A stretch of DNA of 64,000 bases from Antedon mediterranea (taxonomy: Eukaryota; Animalia; Echinodermata): NCBI RefSeq assembly GCF_964355755.1, contig NC_092670.1, forward strand, positions 4,330,201 through 4,394,200. The letters run 5' to 3'. The translations under genes and the position numbers were made by a program. Positions 27,558 to 38,753 of this stretch are shown piece by piece; position 1 is the stretch's first letter; every line of letters begins with the position of its first letter. The notes beneath the pieces were generated by a model. That model did no database searches. It had not been told where the DNA came from and saw nothing but the letters and a program-made list of their open reading frames with translations.

Positions 27558-30500
27558 CTACTTGTATACCATGCTTTTAAAAGCTTTACGAACAATGATT
27601 AAAAACTCTGAAAACTTATTGGTTTCATTCAAATTCTTCACAAGATCTTCCATGTTGCTAATAGCTGGCTGGCAATCGGTCACTGAAATACAGCAAGAAG
27701 TAATGTAATTTAAATTATATTGTTAAGTTAGTCTTGTTCATGTCTTCAAGACAGACTTGGCGTTTTATTAAATCAAATATGTTTTGAGAATGAATTAAAT
27801 TGTTACCATATACAGAACATGCATTTTATTAAATAAAATATATTTTTCTTTTAATACGACAATTAATTCATTGCAATGTAAAGAACATGCATTTATCTGG
27901 GCTTGCCAACAACAGTTTACAAGAGTCAATTGGGAGATTCTTGTAAACCCACATAAAGTTGTATGTTCCTTTTTTAAAATTGTTGGCCTAATTTTCTGTA
28001 TCTTGAAATTTTAATATGTATTCCAAATATAGCTTACCTTCATATTTTTGTGCAGAATTCACTTTCACAACAAAAAAATAAACTTCGTCAATTTTATTTG
28101 GATTTATTTGAGTAAAAGCAACCTGTAAAAGATCACCTGAAAATAAAATAAATAAAATAAATTAGTTTAAATTTTATAATACTAATTTGGATCAAAAACA
28201 TTTAAAAAGATTGTTTATCACACCATTACTATAGTGCATAAATGATTTTTCCATACATTTAGTGCTTGTTAATCAAGAAAAAAAATGTGTTCAAACTGTT
28301 CTGATCAGAAATCACAAATAATAGCATTGAATCAACAATGTCAAAGCAAATCATTATCATCACGATTTAAAGGTCACCTTAATACATAAATATAGTTATT
28401 TTTTAATTGCAAAGAAGCACCCCTCAACAATAATGGACAAGTCTTGTTATTCCTGCCATCCCCGCAGTCAAGTAAGCTTAAGTAATTATAATGGTGGTAC
28501 AGTACGTATGGGCGTTCTCACTTAAGGACGTGGTTGTGGAATGGTCCATTATGGTAGAGGGGTGAAATAGGCAATTTTAAATTGTTGTATCTAAGCTTTC
28601 CCTCTGGAGAGCACGTGCTATTGTTGGTTTATCCAGGTAAGGAAAAAAAGGGCCAATTTATAAATTAAAAAAATGATAAATACCATCAATCTTCTTTAAA
28701 GAGACTCCTAACCTTTGGTTGTAAAACGTTGTTGCCTTTCTTAGTTCTTGCAACCGTGTGTGTGTAGACTTCTCTTGTGCAATCAATACTACAAATAATT
28801 AAGGTACACATTTATTGTCTTCTATTTAACCATTTTATTCTCTTGTTTACAGGCCAACAAGAGTAACTCCCAGTTCTGCCAGATAGATTAAATCTAGATG
28901 TCACTCTTTGTTGTACATAAATAATCCAACTAACATTTTACAAAGAGTCGTACATTTGTTAGTGGCAGGTTTTGCCATTCTCTTGGCGCCAATTTTCCTG
29001 CCGCAGAATGCGCAAATAAATCGCAAGTGCAAAGCCCCAGTCTTATTTGCTTTTCAAAAATCCTTTAAAAACGCACCGTTCATGTGATTTATAAGCCGTC
29101 CGAATAAATATTCTTTACAACAACAAAAAACAATACTGCTTTAGACAAAACTTGTTATGTACAGTATTGATTGATCTTATAATACACCGACTTGTGAATG
29201 CAAAATTGTCTTTTTACGAATCATAATCTATTATAATTATCTAATCTGTTATATTTGCTTAGTAGAAAGCCAGCTTTCCAAATTGTAAGGTGTTACTATG
29301 TTTATTTGTTTTTTCTACATCTGCATTCTTTGGCAAAGGTTATTTTGTCCCAATTTATTTATTTTTTTATTTAAAAATAGTATGACTATACTTGCATTCC
29401 ATATTTGTTTCTATTTCTTTACTCATAATCCTCAATTGCTCTTCTGCGTGTTCTTTTTGTAATAAGATTTCCTGCGTCTCTTTTACTGTGTTTTCTGCTG
29501 ATGATTTCATACTTTTCACCTCTTCATTGCGTTCTTCCAAAACTATATTGGTGGAAAAAAATCAACTTTTCATTTAAAGCCCCATTCCCTACGTTTTTTA
29601 GATCTAATTTAAGATCACAAACTATATTTAATGTAAAAATAATACTATATGATCCTATTGCGATAACTTTTTTCGTCTTTAAACGGTTAAAAATGTGAAA
29701 AATAAGTCGATTCTAATAATTATAGCGGCCCGCTATAAATCCCAAAATGCATTGCGCGCGGATTGATATTTTTGTTTTTCACCTGTAATTCGCCCACTTT
29801 TCGATCGATCGTGAGGCCAAAACAAATGGAAGACTCCTAACTTTTCAGCGAAAATACCGGGTTTTCCCCAATTTGTATCAACGGAGTCTGGCAAAAATAG
29901 AAAGACAATTAATGCAGCAACTATACAACGTCAGGCTAGGTATATAGGTAGCGTACGATGTTCGTACGTTACCGATGTTTACCAGCTAGGCCTACAAAAC
30001 TAAGCCTAGCTAGGCTAGGCCTAAGACCGTCCACGAGAGGTCGATCGCCGCGAGCTACTTAGGTAGTGCATTGTTTCTCACTTTTTTATCATAATTTACC
30101 ATAAAACGTACATTTAAGACAAAGAATGACATGGTTTAATGTTTTTAAAGTGATATATATGTATTATTTTCCAAAAAACGTCCAAAATTGCAGGGAAGGG
30201 GTCTTTAAATCGAAGGACTACTTCTCAACACAGTGATTCACGACTTTTAAGTCAGCATTAATTAAGATTAATTAATAAAATTGCTGGCTACAACATGACT
30301 GGAATGATGTAGGCGACCTTATTGAAATAGTTACTGTCTGTAAAAGTTAACCTTACCTTTTTTGTTGGCATTGGCTTGATCTAATAAATATAGCAGATTG
30401 TCATTAGCTTGATTTATATTATCTGAAAAAGAATAATTTAATTTAAAAAATGTCATACGAAGAAATATACACTTGAATTACTGTAAATTACAAAAAAACA

Positions 30501-30975
30501 ATGTGTGGCCTAAAATGGTACTTGTATTGTATTGGATCAAAAATAAATTTTGAAATTTACCATTTTCCCTCAATGAAAATATGCAAGGCAGAAAGATGCT
30601 GTACATTTGTTTCCCAAGAGAAAATAACGATGTTAGTAAATTAATGCTTTTATTTTTAATTATCACTTGGGTATTTGTGTAGCAACAATCACATAATGAT
30701 CAAAGTGTATTCTTTTGGACTGTATTAACCGTGTTGTACCCAAACTAACTCATTAACAAATAAAATTGCAAGTGTGTTATTTTATACATAATAAATTGTT
30801 AACCTTTTCCACTTTTCATTTGTTCATTGTGTGCTTGCTTTGTTTGTTCTTGATGTTTCTCTAAGTCTGACGTCCACAGCCCAATTAGCTTATGACGTAC
30901 CTCTTCAAGGTTTTTGTGCAATTTTCCAATTTCAACCTGCGATGATGATGTTGGTGGTAACTCTTCAGCGGACAT
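27558..30975 (-). CDS. SPC25: Kinetochore protein Spc25 (NDC80 complex), 6 coding exons, 237 aa
   Basis: Exons 30975-30804, 30422-30357, 29542-29396 (GC donor), 28788-28684 (KATTFYNQRLGVSLKKID), 28136-28038 (GDLLQVAFTQINPNK..YFFVVKV), 27682-27558 (VTDCQPAI..LVKNLNETNKFSEFLIIVRKAFK). N-terminal coiled coil plus RWD-like C-terminal domain. An acceptor just upstream of the ATG implies a non-coding first exon, possibly with its donor near 31766. Confidence 0.88.
29578..30204. mobile_element. ~625-bp non-autonomous Kolobok-like transposon, copy 1 (SPC25 intron)
   Basis: TTAA TSD on both sides; termini AG...CT; imperfect TIR agccccattccct / agggaaggggtct; near-identical inverted copy at 48119-48743. 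Confidence 0.85.
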
Positions 30976-32098
30976 TGTGCAACCTGCAATATGATTTAAA
31001 TTTTGGAATAATTCAACATTTATATCACAACATACATAGTATTAAGAGAAAATGATAATAATGAATCAATGATACAACTAGAAACATTTTTATTAGTTTC
31101 ACTAAAAAATAAAAGTCAAAAGGTCATAAAGAATATGGTACAATACAAGATGATTTCTGGTCAACTCCAATACAAGCAGAGAGAGAGAGAGAGGGTGTTG
31201 GTGGGGGGGGGGGGGGGGGGTGTGTTGTGGTCCATGGACAATGACAACTAGTACTAGGGGTGCGGACGCTCCTCATTTTTGACAGCTAAAATAAAAGGGT
31301 TATTTAAAGCGCATGCGTGCGAATCCCAGTCAAGGGAAAAAACATTGAAACAGCTGATGTCATCCTATGAGGGCGCAGCTTCGATATGGTTTCAGTAACT
31401 CTCCTTTTTTAATCAACCACATGAAGATTTTTTTACTAGCCCAACATAACGAACATAAATAAAGTAACAATAGTCTCGGGCCGAATCGTACCAGGACCGA
31501 ATCGACCGGGTCAAATCGTCTCAGAGCTGAATCTACTTCCTACCAGCCTACTACTAGGCCTACTCATGGAGGTATATTTTATACCTCCATGCATGGCCAA
31601 CTGTACTACTATTTCTTCTAGCTGGGCCTAGCTTAGGCTAGGCTAGAGCCTAGCCTAGGCCTAGTCTGAGTGAGGTAGGCATTCGGTTTTGATTTACCCT
31701 TCTAGTTTACCTAGGCCTAGCCTAGGCCTACACGGCTAAAAACAGAAATTATTTTAATAGTTTCACCTCTTTCTATCTTAAACAAAAGACAACAGATACG
31801 ATTTAATTACAAACAAAATTAATAAAGAGGAAACACAACAACAAATCCAATCCAAAAAGAGCGCGTACAGTGTCGAGTCAATAATAATATGCAACGCCCT
31901 CTCTCTGTGTTGTGTGACACATCATTTTTGTGATGGTATAAAAATTAATTTTCAGCAAGAAAAATATATGTTTGTATATAAGTGTTTTTTATTTTGACCA
32001 AGAACAGTTTTTTTATACTGCTCTACATGTCTGTCGTATGATGGTGGTTTGTTTGTTATTTTTCTTGGACAGAGATATTAATTAGTTCACTATAGAAT

Positions 32099-32422
32099 CT
32101 AGATCTGCACTGTTTATGAGTGCATGCACACTGTTATAAAAACCGTCGGGTCAATTTCATTAAATAACTGATAAAAAATCTGCTAATGCGTAAAGTAAAC
32201 AAACAAAAGACGCCTGAACAAAAGTCATAAGCTCCTTTTCAATGAGGATAGACCAGATGCCTTCAAGTTTGATGATTTTTGTAAGTGAGTTGTCTAGAAA
32301 ATCGCAAATGCCTTTTGTTGATTACCTTTGATCATAATATTGATTCGATTTGATCACATGTCGGTCGGTCCGGTCGGTCGGTTGGTTGGTAAACACTAAC
32401 TTGAGCACGCGACTGCAGCTAT
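32099..32422 (-). mobile_element. Helitron/Helentron-like non-autonomous element
   Basis: On the minus strand: a (CCAA/CCGA)n microsatellite near the 5' end and a 3' hairpin TGCACT-7nt-AGTGCA followed by GATCTAG. Confidence 0.5.
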
Positions 32423-33139
32423 ATAATGGTATTGTTCTTTACACATGTACAGATGTCACAAATTGCTAATAAAGGAATTAGGAATAAGAATCACAGTAGG
32501 CCTACTTTTGGCGGGAATTCTGGCTTGCGAGCTATAGAACTTCTTAAGCCAGCTCCAGATCTGACGCCTTTCAAACAAACACATATGAAACTTATTATTG
32601 CCCTAGTCCTGTGTAATGTTGTTTATTCTCCTTGTTTTAGAAAAGAGGAAGATAGTTCAACATAAGTATAATATTTGCATATGGTGGCCATATTGGATTA
32701 CAAAATAGGACATATTTTGAAACAGCTCGTTAAATAGAGCAGTCAATTATTCAACTCATGAAATCTCACCATTCAACTCGTTTGATTTAGCTTTTCGCTT
32801 TTTTTTTGTATCTCTTTGAGGTCCAGCCAATGATACCCACAGCATTGTCATTTGTTCCTTTTTTTTCCTTTTGGATTTATTAATTATTATTAATATATAC
32901 TATTCATAGTAGATCAATAATTATATTATAACAAACCCATATACATGGCTGCACGCGATTGAAGTGTAACAAAAGTCAGCAAAGGCGTTCCATATCGTTG
33001 AATCTTTATACATTTTTCTGATTTTACCAACATCGAGAGGTATATTCAGAGCGTCATTTCGACGATCGAGCATTCTCTACTTCTACGGAGCGCCATTTAT
33101 GCCTTTATTTACTTCAGAATTAGAAATAGTACTACGGTA

Positions 33140-33718
33140 ACTGCTCCAGTGGACCAAATTTAGCACCGGTGGAGCACAGTGATATAAAATAGAAATAAGT
33201 CACTAATTTTAATATCTTTTCGTATGTAAATACACTGTGCTCAAGCGGACACAATTTGGCGCCAGTGAGGAGCACAGTGATATAAAATAGAAATAAGTCA
33301 CTGAATTTTAATATCTTTTCGTATGTTAATAACACTGTGCTCAAGTGGACCCAATTTGGAGCCATGGGAGCACAATGATATAAAATAGAAATAAATCACT
33401 GAATTTTAATATCTTTTCGTATGTTAATTTACACTGTGCTCAAGTGGACCTAATTTGGCGCCAGTGGAGCACAGTGATATAAAATTGAAATAAGTCACTG
33501 AATTGTAATATATCCTTTCGTATTTTAATACAATGTACTCAAGTGTACCCAATTTGACACCAGGTGAGCACAGTGATATAAAATAGAAATAATTCACGGA
33601 ATTTTAATATCTTTTCGTATGTTAATACACTGTGCTCAGGTGGACCCAACTTGGAGCCAGTGGAGCACAGTGATATAAAATAGAAATAAGTCACTGAATT
33701 TTAATATCTTTTCGTATT
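33140..33718. repeat. ~118-bp tandem repeat, about 5 copies
   Basis: Unit ctgtgctcaagtggacccaatttgg.gccagtggagcacagtgatataaaatagaaataagtcactgaattttaatatcttttcgtatg. Confidence 0.9.
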
Positions 33719-33820
33719 AAGCATATTTGAATACCTACCGGTATGGTACCATCCATGTTCGACAATACAGTGTCACATATCTCTATTAAAAAAAAACAAT
33801 ATTAAACAAAAATATATATA

Positions 33821-33890
33821 TCCGTCGAGGTTCGAACCCCAGCCGATAGCACTCAAAACTGAGCATTACCCGTTACGCCACCAAGTACAT
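33821..33890 (-). pseudogene. Degenerate tRNA-like sequence / SINE head
   Basis: A-box TGGCGTAACGG and B-box GGTTCGAACC on the minus strand; no convincing cloverleaf. Confidence 0.45.
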
Positions 33891-33982
33891 GACTGAAAAG
33901 CTGATAATAGTCTATTTATACGTGTATTACGTAATTCATCATTACGTCATAAATATCCTATTAACCTTGCTAAAACCAAAAT

Positions 33983-34246
33983 GATCAGTTAGCTCAGTCG
34001 TCTGAGCGTCGTGTTAACAACACGTATGTCGTGGGTTCGATTCCCACGCTGGTCGGTGGAATAGAGTTAAGGCTATGCGAGCCACTGTGTTTGGGGTTCA
34101 CAGATCATACGTCCCCCTTTCCACCACACATCATGAGGCGACAACATCAATGCATCTGGTGATGTGGTGGAAACGACCCCAAAAGGCTGTGGCAGGGCCT
34201 TAGTGCTGAGGCATGGAGAGCACATTTACCATCTTTTTTTTTTTTT
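33983..34246 (+). ncRNA. tRNA-like head (Ile-type body, AAC anticodon) + structured 3' extension + T13; candidate Pol III RNA or tRNA-derived SINE
   Basis: 33983-34055 folds as a cloverleaf: GATCAGT/GCTGGTC, GCTC/GAGC, CGTG/CACG with loop TTAACAA, GTGGG-TTCGATT-CCCAC. The D loop lacks the GG. A nested hairpin follows, then T13 at 34234-34246. Confidence 0.55.
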
Positions 34247-34928
34247 GGTCTCGCAAACTGCTTTGATGGTTTAAATTTTATGTTTAGCGTCCTCAATTTA
34301 TTTTAATGTAAAAAAAGGGAATTAATTCTCTTCGTTACGTGTTTAGAAGAGAATTTATTTTATCTCATCGTAGTTTGGTATGCCGTGCGTTTGTTATGCA
34401 AATGAGTGTGCACATGTGCTGTGGGAAAGATAGTATTGTTAGTCATTCGCGATCAACACACAACACTGTTTAATTTTAATTTTGTTAATCTTTTTACATT
34501 AGAATTGTAATTCTACCGTTACACATTATAGTGTACTTTTAAATATCCGTTTCATGCAAGATATTGTATTGTAGGCCTACTAATATGTTGTGAATAAAAG
34601 TTTATGGTAGAATAAATAAATAAATATGTTTTAAGCAGATCTTCAAAATTGAAGCATAATTATGAAGTCGAGTTTTTTAAAACCCAACCTAAAATTCGCA
34701 TCTGGATAGTTGAAATTTAACATTATAATTATTCTAATTGTTTTCTAAATTATATAAATATTAAAATTAGTAAGTGGGCTTTTGTGAGCTAGCTCTGTTT
34801 GTATTTCATAATTTTGTTTTGTTGAATTACCGTCACGGCCACGTGCATTGCATGTCTCACACTTGGGAAACAATCACCATTGTATGGCTGGTCCTGAAGA
34901 CTTTTATATTTCGTTTCATAATTTCCGG

Positions 34929-37900
34929 TAGCAGAGCAGTTAATGACATGAGCTGTGCATTTTATTACCAAAGCATGAAACTTGGCACAAAGTTTCTATG
35001 ATGTATATAGATTCAAAATATCGGGGGGTGCCAAGTGTCCAACGTCCGTATGGCGGCCATCTTGATTTCAAAATGGCCACCATAAAATCAAAAAATGTTC
35101 ATATCTTGGCAACTATACACATTAGAGACTTAATTCTGGTCTCAAATTGTTCACAAACTATATATTTCTATTTGCTCTAATGAAAAGTTTCGTCCAAAAA
35201 TGACCGGAAATGACGTTTATTACAATTTGACCTTTGACCTCGTATTTGTATATATCTGTAACTACTGGTCATTATTAATCGATTTTGGTGTCATTTTGTT
35301 CAGAATAAATACATTTATATTTGTAGTAATGGAACATTTTCACATAAAATGACCGAAAATACAATTTATGACCTTTGACATTTATTTATTGATTTTTAAT
35401 TATGTGAATATACTGTATGTGGTTTTTTTTGGTCTTAAATGCACCTCATTTTGAACTTTTACCTGATAGGCGTAATTATATTAAATGATTCATGGACTTA
35501 AATTGTATATAGTACATAAAATTGGTAAACATTATGCTTGGTGGTACCATTAGTTCAACGATGTTGGCACCTTCTGATTCGCTGAAAGTTTTAATAGTTT
35601 GACAGAGGAAATAACATACATGTTATGGAATACCGTAAAACCTCAAAATGAGCTTCTTTTCGAGATAGACTGTATTTGAATGTCAAATAATTAGTATGAG
35701 GATCATGTTTATATCAATATATTATTAATGACCTTACAAAGAACCCTTTATATTTCAACAATTAAGCCTCAATTTTTCTACAATTTATTGTTTTCCAAGT
35801 GGTAGGCCTATTTTGATTGCATCTTCTTTTTGTATGCTTCCTGGGTTAATATGGTCCTAACCCTCCTTCTTTGTCTGTAGATGGTCTTACACCCCTTTCT
35901 TTATCTGTGGATGGTCTTATACCCCCTTTTGTGTCTGTGGATGGTCCTATACCCCTTTCTTTGTCTGTTGATGGTATTAAACCCCTTTCTTTGTCTGTTG
36001 ATGGTATTAAACCCCTTTCTTTGTGTGTGGATGGTCTTACACCCCTTTCTTTATCTGTGGATGGTCTTATACCCCCTTCTGTGGATGGTCCTATACCCCT
36101 TTCTTTGTCTGTTGATGGTATTAAACCCCCTTCTTTGTCTGTGGATGGTCCTAAACCCCATTCTGTGTCTGTGGATGGTATTAAACCCCTTTCTTTGTCT
36201 GTTGATGGTATTAAACCCCTTTCTTTGTGTGTGGATGGTCTTACACCCCTTTCTTTGTCTGTAGATGGTTTTTTCCCCTTCTTTGTCTGTGGATGGTCAT
36301 ACATCCCCTTCTTTGTCTGTTGATGGTCCTACACCTCCTTCTTTGTCTGTTGATAGTCCTACAACTCCCTTCTTTGTCTGTTGGTGGTCTTATAATCCCT
36401 TCTTTGTGTGTGGATGGTCTTGCACCCCTTCTTTGTCTGTGGGTGGTCTTACATCCCCTTCTTTGTTTGTAGATGGTCTTACACCCCTTTCTTTATCTGT
36501 GGATGGTCTTATACCTCCTTCTGTGTCTGTGGATGGTCTTATACCCCCTTCTTTGTCTGTTGATGGTATTACACCCCTTTCTTTGTGTGTGGATGGTCTT
36601 ATACCTCCTTCTTTGTCTGTTGATGGTATTACACCCCTTTCTTTGTCTGTTGATGGTATTAAACCCCTTTCTTTGTGTGTGGATGGTCCTATACCCCCTT
36701 CTTTGTCTGTTGATGGTATTACACCCCTTTCTTTGTGTGTGGATGGTATTACACCCCTTTTTTTGTCTGTTGATGGTATTAAACCCCTTTCTTTGTGTGT
36801 GGGTGATCTTATACCCCCTTCTTTGTCTGTTGATGGTATTACACCCTTTTCTTTGTTTGTTGATGGTATTAAACCCCTTTCTTTGTGTGTGGATGGTCTT
36901 ATACCTCCTTCTTGTCTGTTGATGGTATTACACCCCTTTCTTTGTCTGTTGATGGTAGTAAACCCCTTTCTTTGTGTGTGGATGGTCTTACACCCCCTTC
37001 TTTGTCTGTAGATGGTCTTACACCCCTTCTTTGTCTGTGGATGGTCTTATATCCCCTTCTTTGTCTGTAAGTAGTCCTATACCCCTTTCTTTGTCAGTGG
37101 ATGGTCTTACATCCACTTTGTCTGTGGACGGTCCTACACCCCCTTCTTTGTCTGTGGATGGTCCTATACCCCCTTCTTTGTCTGTGGACGGTCCTACACC
37201 CCCTTCTTTGTCTGTAGAGGGCCTTACACCCCTTTCTTTGTCTGTGGATGGTCTTATACCTCCTTCTTTGTGTGTGGATGGTCTTACACCCCCTTCTTTG
37301 TCTGTGGATGGTCTTACCCCTTCTTTGTCTGTGGATGGTCTTATATCTCCTTCTTTGTCTGTGGATGGTCTTATACCCCCTTCTTTGTATGTGGATGGTC
37401 TTATACCCTCTTCTTTGTATGTGGATGGTCCGACATCCCCTTCTTTGTCTGTGGATGGTCTTACACCCCCTTCTTTGTCTGGACCCACTACTTTGATTGA
37501 TTAAATCAGACATTGTTTCTTGTATGATTAGGAGACCTTCAGAGTGAAAGTCCACAGGTGGATGCCTAAAAAGGTTTTGTACAGAACAGTATATTGTAGG
37601 TCCATGTCACTAATTTAAGGATTACTTGAATAATTATATTGAGATGTCTTTTACGAATTGATTTTGTTCGGATTTTGACTGAAATCAATGACTCGAGAAA
37701 ATTGAGGAAAATGATTCAGATGAAAGGTTTACAGCAAACGCCCATTACCATAAAAATGGAATAAATTTTTTTTAATGCAACGAAAATGAACAAGAATTAT
37801 ATGAGTTTCTGACTAATGAAAGTAGGTCTACTGCACAAATGCAGGATAAGTTTGTAGTAAGTACTTTGAAAGACGGTGTCCTCTTCTCTTAACTCATGAA

Positions 37901-38753
37901 AATGAGAACTTTCCGAACTTGTCTCATATGCAACATCAAAGAGGCCAACAAAAGAATGCTACTTTACATCAAAAATTTTTCCAAATGGCATCTAACAATT
38001 CAATTCAACATATGGTATAATACATTACAAAAAAAAAGAAAAGATGAAGGAGAGAGGACCAAAACTTTTATCTAACGATTGACACATCACAGTTAAGCAA
38101 ACAAGTCGGCATAGATGATCGCTCAGTGATCTGTCATACTTTATGCCTATCCTATCACATCAAAAGTCAAAAATTCAGAATAATAATTCCTGGTCATTTT
38201 TGCGTTAAGTGTCATTTATTTCGGTAAAAAAATTAGGTGCATTTATACCAATGTAAACCACATACAGTATGTTCACATAATTATATATATGTCAAAGGCT
38301 ATAAATTGTATTTCCAGTCATTTCATGTGAAAATGTTTCATTACTACCAATATAAATGTCTCTATTCTGAACAAAATGACACCAAAATCGATTGAAAATG
38401 ATCAGTAGTTACTGAGATATACAGATAAGAGATCAAAGGTCAAACTGGAAGAAGCGTCATTTCCGGTCATTTTTGGACGAAACTTTTCATTAGAGCAAAT
38501 AGAAATATGTGGTTTGTGAACAATTTAACACCAGAATCAAGTCTCTAATGTTTATAGTTGCCAAGATGTGAACACTTTTTGTTTTTATGGTGGCCATTTT
38601 GAAATCAAGATGGCCGCCATACCGGACGTTGGACACTTGGCATCCCCCGATATTTTGAATCTATATACATCAAAGAAACTTTGTGGCAAGTTTCATGCTT
38701 TGGTAATAAAGTGCACAACTTGGCTATTTTTATGGCGTTAACTGCTCTAACTA
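34929..38753 (+). mobile_element. Academ-superfamily DNA transposon, defective
   Basis: TAG...CTA termini, exact 3-bp TSD CGG (34926-34928, 38754-38756), ~500-bp TIRs with GACCTTTGAC motifs; decayed transposase at ~37740-37980 (WNKFF.CNENEQELYEFL..KFVVSTLKDGVL..CNIKEANKRMLL, cf. Academ W..FL...ENK.ELF.FL..C.HEEADTRM.LH). Confidence 0.8.
35851..37481. repeat. 30-bp minisatellite, roughly 55 copies (GATGGTCTTACACCCCCTTCTTTGTCTGTG)
   Basis: Directly visible; explains the many overlapping repetitive ORFs; lies inside the Academ element. Confidence 0.97.

Noticed and set aside
33983-34055. Canonical tRNA-Val(AAC) gene
   Set aside because: Ile-type body, missing D-loop GG, T-T mismatch at the top of the anticodon stem and no adjacent terminator; reported as tRNA-like instead.
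34770-34920. Faint U1 snRNA resemblance on the minus strand (TTTCCCAAGTGTGAGACATGCAATGCAC)
   Set aside because: No ATACTTACCTG 5' end, no U1-70K loop, no clear Sm site; too weak to call.
35846-37555. Many long overlapping ORFs (up to 248 aa)
   Set aside because: Products of the 30-bp minisatellite; indels shift frames and there is no gene context.
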